A stretch of DNA of 5,451 bases. Origin: a virus. The translations under genes were made by a program, and so were the position numbers. The stretch is taken from positions 1 to 5,451 of the IMG/VR virus record IMGVR_UViG_3300045988_015028, one strand, 5' to 3'. Position 1 is the first letter of the stretch. Each line of letters begins with the position of its first letter. The notes under the pieces are model-generated. The model saw only the letters and a program-made list of their open reading frames with translations, did not search any database and had not been told where the DNA came from. This document shows, in pieces, positions 1-4,863 of the stretch.

Positions 1-55
1 AAAATTTAGTTGTAAGGTACGCTTGCCCGCTTTCTCATTCTGTGGTATAATCAAC
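1..55. repeat. Terminal redundancy, left copy. It is identical to nt 5397-5451 and marks a circular genome of 5396 nt written with an overlap.
   Basis: Direct comparison: aaaatttagttgtaaggtacgcttgcccgctttctcattctgtggtataatcaac occurs at 1-55 and again at 5397-5451 with no mismatch. The ORF ending at 5405 runs into the repeat, so its last 9 nt are also nt 1-9. Confidence 0.95.
23..51 (+). promoter_or_regulatory. Candidate sigma70-type promoter with an extended -10: TTGCCC, 17-nt spacer, TGgTATAAT.
   Basis: TTGCCC at 23-28, a 17-nt spacer, TG at 43-44 and a perfect TATAAT at 46-51. It lies in the non-coding region after the stop of the last gene (TAG at circular positions 7-9). The same element recurs at 5419-5447 inside the terminal overlap. 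Confidence 0.5.
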
Positions 56-78
56 GCAAGGCAAGTTGTAATACCACA
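41..78. other. Inverted repeat or hairpin with an 8-bp stem (tgtggtat / ataccaca) and a 22-nt loop. Its 5' arm overlaps the -10 element.
   Basis: Nt 41-48 (tgtggtat) are the exact reverse complement of nt 71-78 (ataccaca). Confidence 0.45.
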
Positions 79-85
79 ACACATT

Positions 86-125
86 AAAGGCGTTCAGCGT
101 TATGTTGAGCGTCTTTTTTGTTTTT
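86..125 (+). terminator. Intrinsic (Rho-independent) terminator-like hairpin followed by a T-tract.
   Basis: Nt 89-98 (ggcgttcagc) pair with nt 104-113 (gttgagcgtc). That gives 10 bp, 3 of them G-U wobbles, with a 5-nt loop gttat. TTTTTTGTTTTT follows at 114-125. AAA at 86-88 can pair with the start of the T-tract. Confidence 0.5.
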
Positions 126-127
126 AT

Positions 128-146
128 ATTCCGGCTATGCCGGAAT
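128..146. other. Perfect short hairpin, attccggc-tat-gccggaat (8-bp stem, 3-nt loop), immediately after the terminator T-tract.
   Basis: Nt 128-135 are the exact reverse complement of nt 139-146. The element is non-coding. Confidence 0.6.
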
Positions 147-273
147 GATTGGTTTTGCTGTTCGCCAGCTGGAACAATCGCTTCACATCTTCGTAACAAT
201 CGCGGACGAGAATTAAGCCTTACGCAAAACTAACCTGCGCGCCTTGTTAGGTTAAGAAAGGAGATTTTTACGC

Positions 274-717
274 ATGGCTAAGTTCTATACGCTTTATGAT
301 GAGCAACCGCCAAAACCTCACGTTGAAATTACTCAGCCTTCGCTTGCTGACCAAACATTTGCTGAGGAATGTGATATTCATCACATTATAGCCAATTTTA
401 ATACAACTGGAATTGTTGATTCTGTTGGAGCACATGACCCGGCTACTTTGCAATATGGTGATACTACTCTTTTACCGGATTATGAAACAGCTTGCAACCT
501 TGTTGCTAATGTTAATGCAGAGTTTGCAGACTTGCCTTCTAGCGTCCGTGCTGAATTTGGCAATGACCCACGAATGCTGCTTGATGCTCTAACATCTACT
601 GACGCTAAAGTTGTATCTAGACTTGAAGAGTTAGGCCTTAAACCTAAAGCTATTGTAGATACTTCGGTAGAATCTGTCACTCCGGTAGCAGGAGAGAGTA
701 ATTTAGATCAAAAATAA
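274..717 (+). CDS. VP3: Internal scaffolding protein, gokushovirus VP3-like (Chlamydia-phage scaffold family).
   Basis: 147-aa ORF with AAGGAG at 258-263, 10 nt upstream of the ATG. QTFAEECDIHHIIANF resembles the conserved (S/T)F.(D/E)ECDIN.I motif of gokushovirus VP3. LPSSVRAEFGNDPRMLLDAL resembles the conserved C-terminal LP..(I/V)R..F.NDP..(F/L)L block. Recognised from memory and not searched. Confidence 0.8.
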   Translation: MAKFYTLYDEQPPKPHVEITQPSLADQTFAEECDIHHIIANFNTTGIVDSVGAHDPATLQYGDTTLLPDYETACNLVANVNAEFADLPSSVRAEFGNDPRMLLDALTSTDAKVVSRLEELGLKPKAIVDTSVESVTPVAGESNLDQK

Positions 718-755
718 CTTATATGCTAATATTCACTTATGTAGAATAATAACCT

Positions 756-803
756 TGTCACCTTGACCAGTTACCTACTTGATAGTAACTGGTCAAGGTG
801 ACA
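756..803 (+). promoter_or_regulatory. Perfect 19-bp stem-loop whose 10-nt loop is CTACTTGATA. Candidate (+)-strand replication origin and Rep (VP4) nick site. An alternative role is a terminator or RNA-stability hairpin after VP3.
   Basis: Nt 756-774 (tgtcaccttgaccagttac) are the exact reverse complement of nt 785-803 (gtaactggtcaaggtgaca). The loop at 775-784, ctacttgata, matches 9 of 10 positions of the phiX174 gene A protein minimal substrate CAACTTG/ATA. No T-tract follows the stem. Confidence 0.6.
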
Positions 804-927
804 CAAAATCAGAAAAGCCTTCAAAAATAAGCCTTTTATTTATTTTTAATTCCCTTCTGATTTGATAACAAAAATGCCGTTCTCGTGCTTTTTGGTCTTT
901 TAATAATATTAAGGAGATTTTAAAAAA

Positions 928-2574
928 ATGGCTCGCAATATTCGTGTTAACCAGTCGCATTTTGCGATGATTCCACAAGCTAATATTCGCCGTTCTGTCT
1001 TCGATAGAAGTCATGTTTATAAGACTACCTTTAACGAAGGCCAGCTTATTCCGTACTTTGTCGACGAAGTAATTCCAGGCGATACGTTCACTCTTAATCC
1101 TGTGGAGTTTTGCCGCTTGGCTACTCCGGTCGTTCCGTTCATGGATAACATTTACATTGAGAGTTTTTTCTTCTTTGTTCCGTCCCGCCTTGTATATGAT
1201 AAGTGGGTTAATCTGTGCGGTGAGCAGGAGAACCCTGAAGATTCTACGGATTACCTTGTTCCTACTGTTCCCTTAACCGGCGATATGACAAATAAGCTCC
1301 CCGATTATATGGGTATTGCTTGCGCTTCCGGTACATTCAATAATGTTTCTGTTAATTGTTTGCCTTTCCGCTGCTACTGGACTATATGGAACGAGTGGTT
1401 CAGAGATGAGAACTTACAAAAATCTGTTAAGGTTAGTAAAGGCGAAACTAACACAGTGCTTGAACCTATGGGACAATCTACCTCTAATCCTACTTATGGT
1501 TTGCCGTCCGGCGTATCTAATTGGTATGACCCGGCTCCGCGTGGGAAAAGATATGACTATTTCACCGGCGCGTTACCGTGGCCACAAAAAGGCCCTTCTG
1601 TTGATTTGCCTTTAGGACAGACTGCTGTTTTAACCGGTACTGCTCCGGTTTCTGTTTCTCAATCTCCGTTTATGCTTAATAATTCTAATGTCATTTCTAC
1701 CGGTAGTGGTAATTATGGCATTTCTACTGCTAATGGCGATACTTGGAATTCTGCTACTCTTAACGCTTCGGGTACTCTTTCCGATTGGTCTAATGTTTCT
1801 GTTGATTTGACGAGTGCTACTGCTATAACTATTAATTCGCTTCGTCAAGCGTTCATGCTCCAACGTTACTATGAGATTGATGCTCGTGGCGGTACACGTT
1901 ATACTGAAAAACTTCAAGCTCACTTCGGTGTTACTAATCCCGACGCCCGCTTGCAACGTCCGGAGTTTCTCGGCTCTCATTCTAGCATGATGAATATTAA
2001 TCCGGTCACTCAAACAAGCTCAACCGATTCCACTACTCCACAAGGTAATTTAGCTGCATATGGACTTAATGCCCAACGCTATCATGCTTTTACAAAGTCC
2101 TTTAGTGAATTTGGTTATGTTATCGGTTTGATTAATGTTCGTGCTGATTTAACTTATCAGCAAGGAGTTAATAAAATGTGGTTGCGTTCCGATGTGCTTG
2201 ACTTTTACTGGCCGTCTTTTGCTCACTTAGGCGAACAGACTATACAAAATATTGAGATTTATTGCCAAGGAAATGAAGATGACAAGAAAGTTTTCGGCTA
2301 TCAAGAACGCTATGCAGAGTATCGTTATAAGCCTTCTTTGATTACCGGTCAATTCCGTTCCACTTATAAAGAACCTTTAGACATTTGGCATTTGTCACAG
2401 AAATTTGCTACGCTGCCTACGCTTTCGGATGAGTTCATTCAAGACCATCCGCCTATTAGCCGTGTGGTTGCTGTTCCGTCTTATCCTCATTTTCTTTTAG
2501 ATGTCAAATTTAATTTGAAATGTATAAGACCTATGCCTATGTATGGTATACCCGGTATGATGGGTCATTTCTAA
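928..2574 (+). CDS. VP1: Major capsid protein VP1 (Microviridae F-protein family).
   Basis: 548-aa ORF with AAGGAG at 911-916. It carries hallmark gokushovirus-type VP1 blocks: RSHVYKTTFNEGQLIPYFVDEVIPGDTF near the N-terminus, DYFTGALPWPQKG, TINSLRQAFMLQRYYEIDARGGTRYTEKLQAHFGV, and FGYQERYAEYRYKPS near the C-terminus. Confidence 0.95.
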   Translation: MARNIRVNQSHFAMIPQANIRRSVFDRSHVYKTTFNEGQLIPYFVDEVIPGDTFTLNPVEFCRLATPVVPFMDNIYIESFFFFVPSRLVYDKWVNLCGEQENPEDSTDYLVPTVPLTGDMTNKLPDYMGIACASGTFNNVSVNCLPFRCYWTIWNEWFRDENLQKSVKVSKGETNTVLEPMGQSTSNPTYGLPSGVSNWYDPAPRGKRYDYFTGALPWPQKGPSVDLPLGQTAVLTGTAPVSVSQSPFMLNNSNVISTGSGNYGISTANGDTWNSATLNASGTLSDWSNVSVDLTSATAITINSLRQAFMLQRYYEIDARGGTRYTEKLQAHFGVTNPDARLQRPEFLGSHSSMMNINPVTQTSSTDSTTPQGNLAAYGLNAQRYHAFTKSFSEFGYVIGLINVRADLTYQQGVNKMWLRSDVLDFYWPSFAHLGEQTIQNIEIYCQGNEDDKKVFGYQERYAEYRYKPSLITGQFRSTYKEPLDIWHLSQKFATLPTLSDEFIQDHPPISRVVAVPSYPHFLLDVKFNLKCIRPMPMYGIPGMMGHF

Positions 2575-2591
2575 AAAAGGAGTGATTTGTA

Positions 2592-3392
2592 ATGTCATTT
2601 CTTGGTTCTGCTCTTGGAGCTGTTACTGGTGGCGTTTCATCTATCATTGGTGGTGCTCTCTCTAACTCTGCTGCTCGCCATGCTGCAACGGTAGCTAATC
2701 AGCGTAATGTATATAATTATCAGCATCGTTATCAATGGGCTATGGATGATATGCAAAAGGCTGGACTTAATCCTATGCTTGCTGCTACGCAAGGTATTGG
2801 TGGTTCTGTTAATGGTGCTTCTGCCCTCTCCTCTAATTATAATCTTGGTGAAGGTGTTACTGCTGGTATGTCTGCTCAGGCTGCTGGTAGCTCTGCTAAG
2901 GCTGCTCAGAAGCAGGCAAATACTGCAGAAGCTGTTGGCCAGGGTACTGTTAGAAAACTTGATTCTGACGTTGCTTTAAATGCTGCTTCTGCAAAGAATT
3001 TTGAAGCTGAAACTGCTGGCAAAACTATTGCTAATAAGTTAGCGCAGGATACATATAAAGATAATGTTGCTTTGTATAAACAAAATTTAGCTAATGCTCA
3101 AAAGCAAGGTGCTCTTATTGACGAACAGACAAAAAATGCTTTTTACCAGCGTGATGTCGTTATGCCAGCTCAAGCTAATATGATGATTGCTCAAGGAAAC
3201 TCTGCTAATTCTTCTGCTGCATATAGTAATCAGCTTGCTCTTCAATCTAAAGAAGCTACTGACCGTGCTTCTATGCAAAATGAGATGCGTGGTAAATATG
3301 GCTTTGATACTGATTCTTCTATTGCTGGTGCTATTGGTGGTTCTTTCAGTAAGGCTCTTGATAAAGCTAAGAAAACTTTTTTTGGAAGGTGA
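2592..3392 (+). CDS. VP2: Minor capsid / DNA pilot protein, VP2-like.
   Basis: 266-aa ORF directly after VP1, with AAGGAG at 2577-2582. It has a Gly/Ser/Ala-rich N-terminus, followed by YQWAMDDMQKAGLNPMLA, which resembles the (D/E)(L/M)(K/Q).AGLNP(I/M)LA block typical of gokushovirus VP2. The rest is Ala/Gln-rich and probably helical. Position and composition both fit VP2. Confidence 0.75.
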   Translation: MSFLGSALGAVTGGVSSIIGGALSNSAARHAATVANQRNVYNYQHRYQWAMDDMQKAGLNPMLAATQGIGGSVNGASALSSNYNLGEGVTAGMSAQAAGSSAKAAQKQANTAEAVGQGTVRKLDSDVALNAASAKNFEAETAGKTIANKLAQDTYKDNVALYKQNLANAQKQGALIDEQTKNAFYQRDVVMPAQANMMIAQGNSANSSAAYSNQLALQSKEATDRASMQNEMRGKYGFDTDSSIAGAIGGSFSKALDKAKKTFFGR

Positions 3393-3398
3393 TTAATT

Positions 3399-3668
3399 AT
3401 GTCTAACAAAACTACTGCTATTCTGACTTTCCTCGTTTCCACAGTAATTCCTTTTATTCAAGATGTTGTTGATTTTATCGACATGTTTCGTACCGGTAAA
3501 TATAACCGTGAAGGCTCTGCAAGCCTTAAAGCTATTTCGCTTGCTATGCAGGACGACCTTGTTAATATGCAGAAAAGAGGTCAAGACGATGTAAATGGCT
3601 TTCGCCACGCGGCAGCATCTGCGCAGGAAGAAAAAAGCTACTCCCGCTTTTTGGGAAAAAATAATTAA
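3399..3668 (+). CDS. Hypothetical 89-aa protein with a hydrophobic N-terminal segment and a charged C-terminal half. Function unknown.
   Basis: The ATG at 3399 is preceded by AAGGTG at 3386-3391, which overlaps the VP2 stop codon. The gene is on the same strand and tightly packed with its neighbours. Residues about 6-24 (TAILTFLVSTVIPFIQDVV) are hydrophobic. I recognise no family motif. Confidence 0.6.
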   Translation: MSNKTTAILTFLVSTVIPFIQDVVDFIDMFRTGKYNREGSASLKAISLAMQDDLVNMQKRGQDDVNGFRHAAASAQEEKSYSRFLGKNN

Positions 3669-3706
3669 CCTTTTAACCCTTGGTATTTATTTAAGGAGTA
3701 AACGCC

Positions 3707-3820
3707 ATGAAAAGAAGTAGAATTTCGCGCGGAAGCTCTCGCCGGAACTTTCGTAATCATGCCGTTCCGCGGCTTAAAAATCTTAAATCTCGTAACATGC
3801 GCGGCGGTATCCGCATGTAA
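3707..3820 (+). CDS. Small, highly basic 37-aa protein. Probable DNA-binding/packaging protein, the functional analogue of phiX174 J and gokushovirus ORF8/VP8.
   Basis: Hand translation gives MKRSRISRGSSRRNFRNHAVPRLKNLKSRNMRGGIRM, with 13 of 37 residues K or R and no acidic residue. AAGGAG at 3693-3698 lies 8 nt upstream of the ATG, and the stop TAA is at 3818-3820. It fills the otherwise unexplained gap upstream of VP4. At under 60 aa it is absent from the supplied ORF track. Confidence 0.7.
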   Translation: MKRSRISRGSSRRNFRNHAVPRLKNLKSRNMRGGIRM

Positions 3821-3837
3821 CAGAAAGTGTGTGTATT

Positions 3838-4782
3838 ATGACTTGCCTTAACCCGATGTTTGCTAAACGCTCTGCTGTGCCTAACGCTAACGGCAAGTAT
3901 GAGCTATCAAATTTTGTTGCTTATCGTCAGCTGTCCGGTAAATCTCTTGAATATGCCAAGGCTGAATTAGCTAATAATTATGCTGTTGTCGTTCCGTGCG
4001 GTCAATGCTTAGGCTGCCGTTTAGACAAGGCTAATGACTGGGCTATTCGTTGCGTCCATGAAGCAAAATTACATCTTCATAACTGCTTCATCACGCTGAC
4101 CTATAATGATGATTGCCTTCCAGCAGACGGCTCTTTACATCGCGACCACTTACAACTTTTTTTTAAGAGATTACGTCGCTATTTAGATTATCATGACAAT
4201 TCTAAGATACGTTTTTTGTGCTGCGGTGAGTATGGCGATCTTAATTGTAGGCCGCATTATCATATTCTGTGTTTTGGTTGGTTTCCTGCTGATGTTCGGA
4301 AAGTATCGGCGTTAACGGCTGGTTATAATCTTTTTCGTTCTCCCACGTTGGAGCGACTTTGGCCGTATGGTTTCAATACTGTTGGAGCTATCACTTTTGA
4401 ATCTGCCCGCTATGTTGCTAAATATTCGCTTAAAAAGCAGACCGGTAAGAATGCCTGCATGTATGACGCTTTAGGCATTGCCCCGGAGTTTGTCGGCAGT
4501 TCTTTAAAGCCTGGTATAGGTGCTGATTATTTTGGCCTTTATTCTGAGGATATTTTTAAATTAGGCTTTGTTACAATTAACGGAGTAAAATATAAAATAC
4601 CTCGCTATTATCAAACATTATTTGAGCGCAGCAACCCCGTTTGGTATAGTATATACAAGCAGCAAAAGGCCGAAAATGCAAAGGCTGCCGTTATCGATTG
4701 TAAAAGGTTGGAAGCTAAGGAAAAGATTATGAAGCACCGGCAGGAACAATTTGAGCGTGATTTTGCTATTTTAGGCTTGTAA
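3838..4782 (+). CDS. VP4: Rolling-circle replication initiation protein VP4 (HUH endonuclease, phiX174 gene A superfamily).
   Basis: Motif I is FITLTY (nt 4087-4104). Motif II, the HUH motif, is HYHIL (nt 4255-4269). Motif III is the two-tyrosine YVAKY..KK (nt 4411-4425 onward). There is also an N-terminal PCGQCLGCR cysteine cluster typical of microvirus Rep proteins. I prefer the ATG at 3838 (MTCLNP...) as the start. The ORF track opens at an upstream GTG at 3829, which cannot be excluded. Neither start has a strong SD. Confidence 0.93.
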   Translation: MTCLNPMFAKRSAVPNANGKYELSNFVAYRQLSGKSLEYAKAELANNYAVVVPCGQCLGCRLDKANDWAIRCVHEAKLHLHNCFITLTYNDDCLPADGSLHRDHLQLFFKRLRRYLDYHDNSKIRFLCCGEYGDLNCRPHYHILCFGWFPADVRKVSALTAGYNLFRSPTLERLWPYGFNTVGAITFESARYVAKYSLKKQTGKNACMYDALGIAPEFVGSSLKPGIGADYFGLYSEDIFKLGFVTINGVKYKIPRYYQTLFERSNPVWYSIYKQQKAENAKAAVIDCKRLEAKEKIMKHRQEQFERDFAILGL

Positions 4783-4810
4783 AAAGTTGTAAAAAGTTGC
4801 AAAAAGTTGT
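4776..4810. repeat. Three and a half tandem 10-nt units, (c/g)ttg(t/c)aaaaa. They give three A5 tracts phased at 10 bp, forming an UP-element-like or intrinsically bent region upstream of the promoter.
   Basis: The sequence reads cttgtaaaaa gttgtaaaaa gttgcaaaaa gttgt(tgaca). The A5 tracts are at 4781-4785, 4791-4795 and 4801-4805. The first unit overlaps the VP4 stop codon at 4780-4782. Confidence 0.8.
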
Positions 4811-4838
4811 TGACATTTGCTATTTCACATATTATAAT
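4810..4838 (+). promoter_or_regulatory. Perfect consensus sigma70 promoter: TTGACA, 17 nt, TATAAT.
   Basis: TTGACA at 4810-4815, a spacer of exactly 17 nt (4816-4832), and TATAAT at 4833-4838. Phased A-tracts lie at roughly -40 to -65. A GAGG Shine-Dalgarno (4852-4855) and the ATG at 4864 lie just downstream of the expected transcription start, near 4845. Confidence 0.8.
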
Positions 4839-4863
4839 ATATATAGAAAGTGAGGTAAGCAAT

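Noticed and set aside
62-68. CAACTTG, the first 7 nt of the phiX174 origin core, on the minus strand, inside the loop of the 41-78 hairpin.
   Set aside because: It is on the non-viral strand, whereas Rep nicks the + strand. The match ends at the would-be cleavage point (CAACTTGCCT against CAACTTGATA). A 7-mer is expected about once by chance on two strands of 5.4 kb. The 775-784 loop is a much better candidate.
102-233. 43-aa ORF in the non-coding region (MLSVFFVFIFRLCRNDWFCCSPAGTIASHLRNNRGRELSLTQN) with a hydrophobic N-terminus.
   Set aside because: Its ATG sits in the loop of the terminator-like hairpin. Only a weak AAGG lies upstream. The hydrophobic N-terminus is just the terminator T-tract read as Phe/Val codons. 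The ORF also runs through the 128-146 hairpin and the direct repeats. It is more likely a structured non-coding region.
231-254. Weak inverted repeat taacct(g)...(t)aggtta just upstream of the VP3 SD, considered as a possible translational operator.
   Set aside because: There are only 6 Watson-Crick pairs, AT-rich, with a 12-nt loop. That is well within chance expectation, and the pairing does not sequester the SD.
806-863. 9-bp inverted repeat aaatcagaa / ttctgattt downstream of the large hairpin.
   Set aside because: The 40-nt AT-rich loop makes a stable structure unlikely. No T-tract or other motif accompanies it, so it is probably fortuitous in AT-rich spacer sequence.
1316-1615. 99-aa + strand ORF nested in VP1 in an alternative frame. 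A similar 61-aa ORF at 5191-5376 is nested in the VP5-like gene.
   Set aside because: The 1316 ORF opens at a TTG with no SD. I checked only the 1316 start; the 5191 start was not examined. Neither translation shows a motif I recognise. Their length is consistent with a T-rich frame lacking stops. Overprinting cannot be formally excluded in this family, but nothing positive supports it.
3829-3837. GTG at 3829 as the VP4 start (MCIMTCLNP...).
   Set aside because: It is not excluded. The ATG at 3838 gives the MTCLNP N-terminus, close to the M.C..P start I recall for microvirus Rep proteins. Neither codon has a good SD, so the 9-nt difference cannot be resolved from sequence alone.
4807-4863. 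N-terminal extension of the 4807-5124 ORF (TTG start, MLTFAISHIIIYIESEVSN...).
   Set aside because: The extension is simply the promoter (-35, spacer, -10) and the 5' leader read as protein. The predicted transcription start near 4845 lies downstream of this TTG, whereas the ATG at 4864 has a properly spaced GAGG.
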